NCBI GenBank assembly: GCA_964582295.1
Contig: CAZOQP010000001.1
Span: 84,754-148,753, forward strand
Length of the DNA: 64,000 nucleotides
Reading direction: 5' to 3'
Source of the DNA: an uncultured Candidatus Saccharibacteria bacterium
GTDB lineage: Bacteria > Patescibacteriota > Minisyncoccia > Phycocordibacterales > Zambryskibacteraceae
Shown: positions 26,849 to 35,973 of the stretch, piece after piece
Layout of the letters: the number at the start of each line of letters is the position of its first letter
Position numbering within the stretch: the stretch's first letter is position 1
Notes under the pieces: generated by a model
Seen by the model: only the letters and a program-made list of their open reading frames with translations
Told to the model about the DNA's origin: nothing
Databases searched by the model: none
Made by a program: the position numbers and the translations under genes

Positions 26849-28957
26849 TTAATTGGAAGATGGATTGAGGGACTGGAGCAGAACTTTTAGAGCCTGGTAG
26901 ACACCAGCGATACCTGCTGAAAGGGATGGTCTTGAAGAAACTTCCAGAAGTTGGTCTTCTTCTTCCGAACCAGAGGATGGGTCTTCTGTTGGAGTAGTGC
27001 CTTGGGGGGAAACATTTACCGCCACACTATCTGAAACTGCTGTGCCGTTTGTACCCGAGCATGAGACTGCGAATACTCTGGTGCTGTAGAGGGAGGGTGA
27101 TGTACCGGATTGCGAAACTGTTGGTCCTGAATTGGATACGAAGGTGAGAGGATTGCTGCAGTAGGTAACATTGCTTGCCGTCCAAGACACGCTTACCATG
27201 CCACCGTACGCAACCGTAGCGGTGTTATCCGAACCATTTATTTTGAGGTCAATTGTAGGTCCGGAAGTTGTCGTGGTTTGCGAAGCAACATTCGCAACAA
27301 CACTTCTCGATGCGGATTGTCCGGCTGAATTCACACAGGTAAGAGTGATAGTGGTCGTCTGGGTAAGGGGACCGAACTGGAAACCGAATGCACTTAGATC
27401 TACTGTGTCGTACAGGTGAGAGGCGTTGAGGGAACACGAAGTGGCATTCGACGAGCTCCAGTTGAGAGGCGTGTAGCCATTGTATGGAGTGACGCTTGAT
27501 GACCCGAGAGTGAAGTAGCTAATGGAAGGAGCGGGAACATTTGTGGTTGGCGGCGAAGTAGTTGGAGGGGGGGGTGTTGTTGAAGATATAACGGCCACCG
27601 TTACAGATTTACTTGCCGATACCCCAACACTGTTGAAGCACGTCACCGTGTAGGTGGTCGTCTGGGACGGGTAGACATGGCTGATACCTGTGGTTTTTCC
27701 TGATTCCAAGCCAAAATTACTTGAGGAACAATAGCTCGCATTACTTGAATAAAAAGACAATGCAGATGACTGTCCGAGTGTAACTGTCGTTGGACTAGCT
27801 GTAAGGGTGACGAATGGCACAAGGAAAGTAGGGGTGCGAGTTGGCTCGGTAGCAAGAGAGACACGCACACTGTCTGACACTGTCTCTACAAGGAAACCGC
27901 GCGAATCAAACTTTTTGCAATCTATTGTGTAGGTGGTGTAGCCGTTCGGGTTCCACGATACATTTCCTACCGGATAGAAGCTTGAGCCCGCCGCATAGGC
28001 CGCAGTGTTGTTGTATTGTGCCGTCACCCCAGTTGCGAAAGCACCACTGATGACAGGATGTCCGCTCAAAGTACAGGCGCTTATGCCAGAGGATGCGGAC
28101 CACGCGAGATTAAGTGCTTGTCCTGAAGATAAAGTGACTGGCCCGTCCAAACCATTAGCTTTTATGTCTGCAGAAGATGCTGTGTTAGGAGTAGCTGGTG
28201 GAATTATAGTGGTTGGAGGGTTTGCTGGGGGAGTAGCGGGAGGAGTGGCTGGGGGAGTAGCGGGAGGAGTGGCTGGGGGAGTCGCGGGGATTACGGTTTC
28301 GCCCGGATGTAGATTCTGTCTGTCGAGGAAACTTTCAGAAACCCAGCCGTCCGCACCACCTACGAAGTCTATTCTCCACCATATATGACCGTCTCTTGTT
28401 ACCGGGCCTTGTATAACAGTGCCCCATCTGCCTGCCGGCTGCACACCAACTCGCGCAAAGCCAAGGCCAGAAGCGCTGCGCACATTCACCTGGTCATTGG
28501 TCTTCACAATGTCGCCAATCAGGAATTTAGCGGCGGTGCTAGTAACAGCCGGATTAGCGGGCGCTGTGCCGCTTGAAGTGTTGGCACACGCGAGCTCTTT
28601 CATTTTGGCGAGAGTGGCGGGGCCGGCTGTACCTCTTGCCTCCGTCCCAGATGACAAAGATACATTGACGCTGTAGGCGGTCTGGAAGTTACTTACGGCA
28701 GCATTCGTGTAAATACCGTAATATCCTGTCATGTTATCGGCAGTGAGAAGCCCTAGCGAATTCAGGAAACGCTGGAGATTAGTGACGCTTGCCCCACGAG
28801 AACCAATGGACAGGGTTTGCGTAGGGATGAGTTCGCACATAGATGAACCACCCACTGTAGGCCCCACCAAACCTTGCGCATCTGCAGCGGGAGCGGCCGC
28901 ACCAAACAGCATTACCGAAAGAACAAGGATGAGAGAGAATCGGTTGATAAGTTTCAT
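26849..28957 (-). CDS. Secreted peptidoglycan-binding + SH3-like + Ig/PKD-repeat surface protein
   Basis: Signal peptide, PG-binding L..GSRG..V..LQ.FL..TGYYG..T..AV..FQ, SH3b-like WW.IDF...GWVSE, PPAT linker, repeated L.W.S.NA..C..TYT.TC units. Confidence 0.8.
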   Translation of the reverse strand: MKLINRFSLILVLSVMLFGAAAPAADAQGLVGPTVGGSSMCELIPTQTLSIGSRGASVTNLQRFLNSLGLLTADNMTGYYGIYTNAAVSNFQTAYSVNVSLSSGTEARGTAGPATLAKMKELACANTSSGTAPANPAVTSTAAKFLIGDIVKTNDQVNVRSASGLGFARVGVQPAGRWGTVIQGPVTRDGHIWWRIDFVGGADGWVSESFLDRQNLHPGETVIPATPPATPPATPPATPPATPPANPPTTIIPPATPNTASSADIKANGLDGPVTLSSGQALNLAWSASSGISACTLSGHPVISGAFATGVTAQYNNTAAYAAGSSFYPVGNVSWNPNGYTTYTIDCKKFDSRGFLVETVSDSVRVSLATEPTRTPTFLVPFVTLTASPTTVTLGQSSALSFYSSNASYCSSSNFGLESGKTTGISHVYPSQTTTYTVTCFNSVGVSASKSVTVAVISSTTPPPPTTSPPTTNVPAPSISYFTLGSSSVTPYNGYTPLNWSSSNATSCSLNASHLYDTVDLSAFGFQFGPLTQTTTITLTCVNSAGQSASRSVVANVASQTTTTSGPTIDLKINGSDNTATVAYGGMVSVSWTASNVTYCSNPLTFVSNSGPTVSQSGTSPSLYSTRVFAVSCSGTNGTAVSDSVAVNVSPQGTTPTEDPSSGSEEEDQLLEVSSRPSLSAGIAGVYQALKVLLQSLNPSSN
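28224..28289. repeat. Coding tandem repeat (24-bp unit, PPAT linker)
   Basis: gctgggggagtagcgggaggagtg repeated about 2.7 times. Confidence 0.85.
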
Positions 28958-29048
28958 AATAATTTTTGGCTGCTTATGGCCTCTGGCCTTATTTGTATTT
29001 TTATATTGTACTATCAAGCTCTCACCCAAGATTATTCCTGTCCCCACT

Positions 29049-29969
29049 CTATTTGCGTCTTCCGTGGAACTTCTTATGTATTTCTTTCAAATGACTGTCA
29101 GTAAAGTGTGTATATATTTGTGTAGTGGAAATACTGGCATGGCCGAGAAGCATCTGAACGGAACGCAGGTCGGCCCCGTTCGAGAGTAGATCCGTGGCAA
29201 ACATGTGCCGCAAGACATGCGGAGTAACCTTCTTAGAGATACCGGCTTGGATTGCTCTATCCTTGATAATACGTTCAACGGAGCGACTTCCCAAGGGGCC
29301 TGCTACTTTCCCCATTTGAGTAATCCTCACTAGAAGCGCTTCTTCCATGTCCTTGCGAGCTTTCAAATAATCTTTGATAGCTTTGAGTGCCCCCTCGGAG
29401 ATAAAGACCACGCGGATTTTGCCACCCTTACCCTTGATAGGGAACTCGCCAGCCTGGAAATCAATATCTGTCGTGAGCGAACAAAGCTCGGAAACTCGCA
29501 AGCCGGTAGAAAAGAGCAATTCAAGAATTACTCGGTCCCGTAAATTCTTAATATCATCTCCTTTAGGTGAGTCCATGAGCCGGGCAAGCTCGGCGGGAGA
29601 GATGAGATCTAGATGTCTCTCGCTAACCTTAGCGAGGTCGATGTATTCTGCTGCTAGAGTCTTCACTCCCTGTTTGGCTAAGTACTTGAGGAAGGCCCTA
29701 AGAGCAATGAGGTAGTAGTTCTGGGTCTTCCTAGACAGAGTTTCATTGTGTGGCGACTTGTGGCCCGTAGATTGCCTGTTGAGCCAGAGGCGGAATTCCC
29801 GCACTGAATCAGCAGAAATATCCGAAGCATTCTTTATTTTGGAATGTTCCAGAAACCTTGAAAGGTACCTGTCGTAATTTTCAATAGTTTTGAGACTCCG
29901 GCCCTTTTCTATTTCCGTATATTCCAGAAATTGGCGCTTTAATTTTTCAAGTTCGGTTTGAGATGTCAT
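29049..29969 (-). CDS. XerC/XerD-type tyrosine recombinase
   Basis: TGLRVSEL, KGKGGK.R, TPHVLRH.FAT, LLGH....TTQIY. Confidence 0.95.
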   Translation of the reverse strand: MTSQTELEKLKRQFLEYTEIEKGRSLKTIENYDRYLSRFLEHSKIKNASDISADSVREFRLWLNRQSTGHKSPHNETLSRKTQNYYLIALRAFLKYLAKQGVKTLAAEYIDLAKVSERHLDLISPAELARLMDSPKGDDIKNLRDRVILELLFSTGLRVSELCSLTTDIDFQAGEFPIKGKGGKIRVVFISEGALKAIKDYLKARKDMEEALLVRITQMGKVAGPLGSRSVERIIKDRAIQAGISKKVTPHVLRHMFATDLLSNGADLRSVQMLLGHASISTTQIYTHFTDSHLKEIHKKFHGRRK

Positions 29970-30068
29970 GCTTGCCCGTCCATAGCTTCGGCGAAGGAGG
30001 GTCGCACAATATTATAACCTCCACATTAAGACCTTGCAAAAAGGGGTTATGTATGCTATCGTTTAGGG

Positions 30069-30344
30069 GTGATAGCGAAGACCAAAAAGCAGAAAATCAT
30101 CTCGGAAACCCAAATCCACGAAACGGACAGCGGTTCTCCGGAGGTACAGATCTCCCTACTTACAAAGAGAATAGAGGAGCTTGCTTCACATTTGAAAAAA
30201 CACGCTCAGGACCATCATTCGCGTCGCGGTCTTTTGAAAATGGTTTCCATGCGCCAGAAGCACATGAAATATCTGGAAAAGAAAAGCCCGAAGCGTTTTT
30301 CTGCACTCGCCAAAAAGCTCGGGATGAAGAAAAAGACAGGCTAA
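30069..30344 (+). CDS. rpsO: 30S ribosomal protein S15
   Basis: H..D.GSPEVQI..LT.RI..L..HL..H..D.HSRRGL. Confidence 0.97.
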   Translation: MIAKTKKQKIISETQIHETDSGSPEVQISLLTKRIEELASHLKKHAQDHHSRRGLLKMVSMRQKHMKYLEKKSPKRFSALAKKLGMKKKTG

Positions 30345-30441
30345 CACCCTACAACTGGCAACAAAATAAGATAATCAATTTTCATAATTTTGCTCCCAGT
30401 CGTTCGTTGTGAGTCATTTATCAAGAACTTTAAATAATTTT

Positions 30442-31047
30442 ATGTCAGTAGTAAAACATGCAGAACAGCGCGTGGCCGTGCTCATAGACACGCAGAATCT
30501 TTATCACAGTGCGAAGAATCTTTACAGAGCTAAAGTCAATTTCAAGAACGTTCTTGAAGAATCGGTAGCTGGAAGGATCATTATCAGAGCAGTGGCTTAT
30601 GTCATTACCACAGAAGGAGGCGAGGAAAAGCCCTTTTTTGAGGCGCTTGAAAAGAACGGAATAGAGACAAAGACCAAGAACCTTCAAATATTCGCAGGTG
30701 GTGCCAAAAAAGCCGACTGGGATGTAGGCCTTGCGATAGATGCGGTCAAACTCGGGCCAAAAGTGGATGCGCTAGTGATAGTTTCAGGCGACGGCGATTT
30801 CGTGCCGCTCGTTGAATACTTAAAAAACACCCATGGATGCCAGGTTGAGGTAGCCGCTTTCGGCCGCTCAACATCTGCGCGCCTTATAGAAGTGGCAGAC
30901 GACTTCATAGACCTTGATGACAACCCTAAGAAATTTCTAATGCGTATGGGACCGTTACGTGGAGGAATGAAAAGGACACAGGATAATATTTCTGCTCCTG
31001 CCGAAGAAATGGATGGTGAGGCAGCAGAGAACGTCGTGTTAGAATAG
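30442..31047 (+). CDS. NYN-domain (LabA/DUF88) protein
   Basis: IDTQNL, KKADWDV, SGDGDF.PL, AD.F.DL. Confidence 0.92.
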   Translation: MSVVKHAEQRVAVLIDTQNLYHSAKNLYRAKVNFKNVLEESVAGRIIIRAVAYVITTEGGEEKPFFEALEKNGIETKTKNLQIFAGGAKKADWDVGLAIDAVKLGPKVDALVIVSGDGDFVPLVEYLKNTHGCQVEVAAFGRSTSARLIEVADDFIDLDDNPKKFLMRMGPLRGGMKRTQDNISAPAEEMDGEAAENVVLE

Positions 31048-31052
31048 AGAGA

Positions 31053-32459
31053 ATGAATGGCGATAATACTCGCGAAAACACAGGACCTTCGGATGGTGCG
31101 AAAGAAATAAAACCCGTTTCCGGCACACCTCAATTTGAAGATGACACTGTGCAGGCGCTTCTCGCCAAAGCACGGGAAGAAGCTCAAAAAAGGGCTCGCA
31201 TAACAGAGCAAAGCGGGGGAGTAATGCCAAATGTGGTGCCTGGGGTAAGAACACAGATCCGTGAGGAAGCGCCGGGAGCAAAGATCGCCTCTCCGGCGGA
31301 ACCTGAACCGCAAACTATTGTTATTGAGAGTGAAGAGGTAAAAGAGCCGCAACCAAAGGCGCCTTTGGTTGCGGCTCAAACCCCGCCCCCGCCTTCTGTA
31401 CAAGAAATTCCCTCTATACCAACAGAGTCTCCAGTTGCCGCAGAGCCGGCATACAAATCTCCCCTTAAAAATCTGCGCACTTACCAGGGAGATGTGGCGG
31501 AGGCCCTGAAGGACAGCAATGCTTCAATGCTCTCTATCTCCCTTGCGGCACGAAAGAAAAAAGAAAAAGAGCCGCCACCCACACAAACACCAATTGAAAG
31601 AAAGCGGGAGAAGAAAAACACCATGCTTGCATTGAGTTCGGCACTCCTTTTGGTCATCGGCCTTTCAATATTGGGAAGTTTGTATTACGTACATGTCCAA
31701 AATCTTCCGGTGCCTGTCATTGAGCCGCCGCGAAGCATCATTAGTTTTGACAGAGAGACGGAAATTCTTTCGAATGGACTGACAAAAGAAAAATTCCTTT
31801 CTGTAGTGGAGGATATAAAGAACGACCCCAAAGAAAAAAATAAACCGGCCAGCAGCATCACCTATCTTCATATAGTAAAGCGCGCAAGCACTACTCCAAC
31901 TATCATCGTTACTGATTCCATAAACGGATCAGAATTTTTATCTTTACTGAAAAGCCGCGCCCCTATTTCACTTACGAGATCTTTCGTATCCTCTTTCATG
32001 CTCGGCCTTTATCGCGGCAGAAATAACGACGCTTTCATTCTTATAGAACTGTCTTCCTACGAAAATGCTTTTGATGGGATGCTTTCGTGGGAAAAAAATA
32101 TGTGGGGAGACATAGGTGCCTTGATGTCTCCGAAAATTATTTCTGTGGTGAGCGCACCGAATGCGCCTCTTGCAACAACAACCGCGAGCACTACAGCTGT
32201 TGCCACAACCACACCTGGGACAGTCGCCACAACAACAGCAACTACTACTCCTATAGTTCCTTTAGTCCCCGTAATATCAGTGAAAGAATCCTTCATTGAT
32301 AAGGTCATATCAAACAAGGACACAAGGGTGCTTTCCACTTCCTTCGGGGAAACTGTCCTGGTTTACGGCTTTGTAACCAAGGACCTCCTTCTCATAGCAT
32401 CATCGGAGGAAACCTTTAAAGCTATACTTGACAGGGCTTTCGCCGCAGAAGCCCAATAG
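31053..32459 (+). CDS. Hypothetical membrane-anchored protein
   Basis: Pro-rich N-terminus, LRTY.GD, one TM, C-terminal GML.WE and F.D..I.NKD.R. Confidence 0.7.
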   Translation: MNGDNTRENTGPSDGAKEIKPVSGTPQFEDDTVQALLAKAREEAQKRARITEQSGGVMPNVVPGVRTQIREEAPGAKIASPAEPEPQTIVIESEEVKEPQPKAPLVAAQTPPPPSVQEIPSIPTESPVAAEPAYKSPLKNLRTYQGDVAEALKDSNASMLSISLAARKKKEKEPPPTQTPIERKREKKNTMLALSSALLLVIGLSILGSLYYVHVQNLPVPVIEPPRSIISFDRETEILSNGLTKEKFLSVVEDIKNDPKEKNKPASSITYLHIVKRASTTPTIIVTDSINGSEFLSLLKSRAPISLTRSFVSSFMLGLYRGRNNDAFILIELSSYENAFDGMLSWEKNMWGDIGALMSPKIISVVSAPNAPLATTTASTTAVATTTPGTVATTTATTTPIVPLVPVISVKESFIDKVISNKDTRVLSTSFGETVLVYGFVTKDLLLIASSEETFKAILDRAFAAEAQ

Positions 32460-32515
32460 CAAAGCAAATAATAAAGGTAGAGCAGAATGCTTTTCCAATC
32501 TGGTATCATAATAAA

Positions 32516-32875
32516 ATGGATCAAACATCACACATGGAACTGAAAAATAAACTTGAGGAGGAGAAAAAGCTCCTGGAAAAAGAGCTTGGCGCAGTTGCCA
32601 AAAGAGACCCTGAAAATCCGGGGGACTGGGTTCCTGCAGTAGGAATGAAAGACCAATCAACTGCAGATGAGAATACGGTAGCGGACACTTTTGAAGAACT
32701 TGAGAACAATACAGGTGTGGTCACGCGCCTGGAGAACCGCCTCACCGATGTAACGGACGCTCTCACAAAAATACAAAACGGCACTTACGGAATATGTGAA
32801 AAGGGGGATCACCCCATAGAAGCCGACAGACTGGAAGCCAATCCTGCAGCCCGCACCTGCAAGGAGCATATGTAG
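32516..32875 (+). CDS. TraR/DksA-family zinc-finger protein
   Basis: Coiled coil plus AL.KI..GTYGIC...I...RL.A.P.A..C. Confidence 0.88.
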   Translation: MDQTSHMELKNKLEEEKKLLEKELGAVAKRDPENPGDWVPAVGMKDQSTADENTVADTFEELENNTGVVTRLENRLTDVTDALTKIQNGTYGICEKGDHPIEADRLEANPAARTCKEHM

Positions 32876-32895
32876 GTAACCTGCATAAACCAAAA

Positions 32896-34458
32896 ATGAG
32901 CTTTGCGAAAGTACACAGCGCTCAAACAAGAATGCTTTCCGCAGACATCATTGATGTAGAAGTGGATCTTTCGCGCGGACTTCATTCATTTTCAATAGTG
33001 GGCTTGCCCGACAAAGCAACCGAAGAAGCCAAGGACCGCATAAGTGCCGCCATAAAAAATTCCGGTTTCACTTCTCCCAAACAGAAAAATCAGAAAATAG
33101 TCATTGCACTCGCCCCGGCCGAGATAAAGAAAGAGGGTTCAGGTTTTGATGTGGCGATGGCGCTCGGATATCTGATGGCAATAGGCGATCTTGAAGAGAG
33201 TATGGAAAAAGATGCATTGTCGGCGGAAGAAGTGCTGAAGAAAACAGTATTTTTGGGAGAGCTTTCTCTAGATGGCATCTTGCGGCCTGTCAAAGGAGCT
33301 ATTGCCCTTGCGCAAGTAGCCCGCACCAACGGTTTCGCGGAAGTAGTGGTTCCTTTTGAGAACAGGGAGGAAGCGGCGCTCATTGACGGCATAAATGTCA
33401 TCCCTGCTCGCACGCTCACTGACGTTATTAATCATGTGCGCGGCGAAAAGATTCCGACACAGCCAAAGACCGAAGTGAAATTCCCGGAACGAGAAGAAGA
33501 AATAACATTTGATGATATCGCAAGCCAGGAAAGTGCAAAAAGAGCCCTTCTCATAGCGGCGGCAGGCATGCATAACATTGGCCTTTACGGCCCGCCCGGC
33601 ACAGGAAAAACCATGCTCGCGAAAGCTTTCCGTTCTCTTTTGCCACCGCTCTCTGACGACGAGATATTGGAAGCCACGAGTATTCATTCCATTGCCGGCA
33701 CTTTGAAAGAACCGTATATGGTGGAGCCGCCTTTCCGCTCTCCGCATCACACAGCATCTTACGTGGCGCTTGTTGGCGGTGGAGCAAATGTGAGACCGGG
33801 TGAGATTACTTTGGCGCACAGAGGGGTTCTGTTTTTGGATGAATTCGCAGAATTTGAAACACGCGTACTTGAAACTTTGCGTGAGCCGCTTGAAGAAAGA
33901 AAAATTTCCGTATCACGAGCAAAAGGAAGCGCCGTTTTTCCCGCGCATTTCATATTGGTAGCAGCTCTCAATCCATGCCCTTGCGGAAACCGGGGATTCA
34001 AAGGACCTGCGTGCGTCTGCGCAGGGAAAGATCTGATGCGATATGAAAGAAAGATATCAGGGCCGATACTTGACCGTATTGATATGTGGATTTCAGTACC
34101 GCGAATAGAGCATGAAAAACTGCTTTCAAAAAATGAGAACAAAGAAAATGAAAGGTTCAAAGAGGAAGTGAAAAAAGCGAGAGCGAAGCAAAGAGAAAGG
34201 GCAGGAAAATTAGGCTTGCAGGGTATGTGGAACGGAGCTTTAGGGGTGCGAGACGTGGTGAGGCATCTCACTTTGTCTGAAAACATTAAAAATGTTCTGA
34301 ACAATGCGGCAAAAACAATGAATCTTTCGCCGCGCGGATATCACAAAGTGGTAAAACTCGCGCGAACCATTGCGGATGTTAAAGAAAGAGAAAATATAGA
34401 AGAAGAGGACATTTTGGAAGCGCTAAGCTTCAGACCTCCGAAGACTGCTTTGGGATGA
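32896..34458 (+). CDS. comM: ComM/YifB Mg-chelatase-like AAA+ ATPase
   Basis: IVGLPD, GELSLDG, GPPGTGKTM, PFRSPHH, LAHRGVLFLDE, NPCPCG. Confidence 0.95.
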   Translation: MSFAKVHSAQTRMLSADIIDVEVDLSRGLHSFSIVGLPDKATEEAKDRISAAIKNSGFTSPKQKNQKIVIALAPAEIKKEGSGFDVAMALGYLMAIGDLEESMEKDALSAEEVLKKTVFLGELSLDGILRPVKGAIALAQVARTNGFAEVVVPFENREEAALIDGINVIPARTLTDVINHVRGEKIPTQPKTEVKFPEREEEITFDDIASQESAKRALLIAAAGMHNIGLYGPPGTGKTMLAKAFRSLLPPLSDDEILEATSIHSIAGTLKEPYMVEPPFRSPHHTASYVALVGGGANVRPGEITLAHRGVLFLDEFAEFETRVLETLREPLEERKISVSRAKGSAVFPAHFILVAALNPCPCGNRGFKGPACVCAGKDLMRYERKISGPILDRIDMWISVPRIEHEKLLSKNENKENERFKEEVKKARAKQRERAGKLGLQGMWNGALGVRDVVRHLTLSENIKNVLNNAAKTMNLSPRGYHKVVKLARTIADVKERENIEEEDILEALSFRPPKTALG

Positions 34459-34462
34459 AGAC

Positions 34463-34639
34463 GTCGCTCAGATAATACCCTTTTTCACACAGCAGTCGCT
34501 CGGGGTGATGACGAAAAGAGTACGCATAAAAATCTGCTGATTTTTTGCTCACCCTCGCGCCGTCGCGCTGCACAGCCTCTTTTCGTCATCACCCCTCGCT
34601 CTAAATAACTCTAGTGTGAAAAAGGGTATTATCTTCGCT
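34463..34639 (+). repeat. Modular hairpin repeat, full copy
   Basis: Nested perfect stems of 21 bp (34470-34490/34614-34634) and 19 bp (34502-34520/34577-34595); inner 106 nt recur at 59471-59576 with 2 mismatches. Confidence 0.9.
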
Positions 34640-34659
34640 TCTTAAGTACCAGAACTTAA

Positions 34660-34706
34660 AGCGAGGAAAATATACGTAGGACAGTCCTACGTATATTTTG
34701 TAGCGG
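34660..34706 (-). repeat. Inverted mini-module: 16-bp perfect palindromic stem ending CCTCGCT
   Basis: aaaatatacgtaggac-a-gtcctacgtatatttt flanked by agcgagg. Confidence 0.75.
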
Positions 34707-34733
34707 AGGACATGACTCGCTCCTTAAGTAAAA

Positions 34734-35729
34734 CTAAAATGGATTCTTCGCGCCACGAACTTCAAAGTGGAGGTGGGGGCCGGTGGTTTTTCCGGTTAAT
34801 CCAACATATCCGATGACCTGGCCTTTATTTACAGATTCACCGGCGGATACGCTGTTTGAGCGATTGTGTGAATACAAAGTCTGAGTGCCGTTCGGATGTT
34901 CAATAACGATGTAATTTCCATATCCGCTGTTCCAGCCACCCTGGCGGGAAATGATAACGCGGCCTGCAGCTGCTGCCACGATAGGTGTACCAACGGGGGA
35001 AGCGAGGTCAACACCGTTGTGGCCGTGAATGCCCTGGGTGCGACGGCCAGGAACGGGCTTCATATAGTATCCGCTTGCAACATTGCTGGTGGTTTCCACG
35101 AACCTTACGGGGGTAGTAGCTGAAGTGGTTACAAGTTCGCCGTCAGGAACGATAACAACATCTCCCACGGCAAGTTTTGTTTCATTCGTAATGTCGTTGT
35201 ACGTCAAAATGTCGTCAATGCCAGCTTTGTATATCTTGGAGATGGATTGTGCTGTGTCTCCTTTCTTCACTACGTGGCGCACGCCCGATACAGGCAAAAT
35301 GGTAAGTGTTTGACCTTCTGAAATTACACTTCCTTTAAGATCGTTCGCCCAGCGAATAGTGTTCACTGACACATTAAACATTTGTGCGATAACTGAAAGA
35401 GTGTCGCCCTTTCGCACAACATATACGGAGATCTGATCAGAAGAAGGTCTGTCCTTAAGGTTTTCAGCAAGACCTCCAGCGGGAGAATCCTGCGCTACCA
35501 GCGCTCCGCCCTGCACTAATATTTCAGCGCCACCGGTGTTAGGTGCTGTATCAATGTTCAAAGGTGCCTGAAGCAGGGGAAGGTTCTGCGAATTGTAAGA
35601 CTTCACCACTTGAGCTTCGGCTGGTTTGAAAATACCACTTATGAATTCAACAAGGCCCGCGTGTGTAGCCGCGGGAGAAATGGAAAAGAGAGAGGCCGAA
35701 AGAAGGGCGGAAAAAATAGAACGCCTCAA
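34734..35729 (-). CDS. LysM x2 + M23 peptidase cell-wall hydrolase
   Basis: YVV.KGDTLS.IA LysM repeats; HNGVD, Y.H, HLHFEV. Confidence 0.93.
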   Translation of the reverse strand: MRRSIFSALLSASLFSISPAATHAGLVEFISGIFKPAEAQVVKSYNSQNLPLLQAPLNIDTAPNTGGAEILVQGGALVAQDSPAGGLAENLKDRPSSDQISVYVVRKGDTLSVIAQMFNVSVNTIRWANDLKGSVISEGQTLTILPVSGVRHVVKKGDTAQSISKIYKAGIDDILTYNDITNETKLAVGDVVIVPDGELVTTSATTPVRFVETTSNVASGYYMKPVPGRRTQGIHGHNGVDLASPVGTPIVAAAAGRVIISRQGGWNSGYGNYIVIEHPNGTQTLYSHNRSNSVSAGESVNKGQVIGYVGLTGKTTGPHLHFEVRGAKNPF

Positions 35730-35973
35730 AACTCTGGATATGGTCCGGCGGTTCTTAGGAGAACGACCGGGCTTCGCGGGGGTGGAAGAAATAAAGTCTT
35801 TTTATATGGTAACTCTCCCGGGCGGGCGTGTAGGACGTTCGGCGTATCTGAAGAGTTACATTATAACCCTTCCATACCTGTTTTCAATTGACAAAGGGCA
35901 CAAATACGGTGGAGAAAGGCCAAAAAATGGCTTAAATGCTGGATTTTATGAAAATTTGCCGTAAGATGCCTTT

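Noticed and set aside
28224-28289. 24-bp tandem repeat as a regulatory or CRISPR-like array
   Set aside because: It is in frame and simply encodes a PPAT linker
29049-29969. Tyrosine recombinase as a prophage/ICE integrase
   Set aside because: Size and motifs fit housekeeping XerC/D, it lies beside rpsO, and there are no att repeats or phage genes
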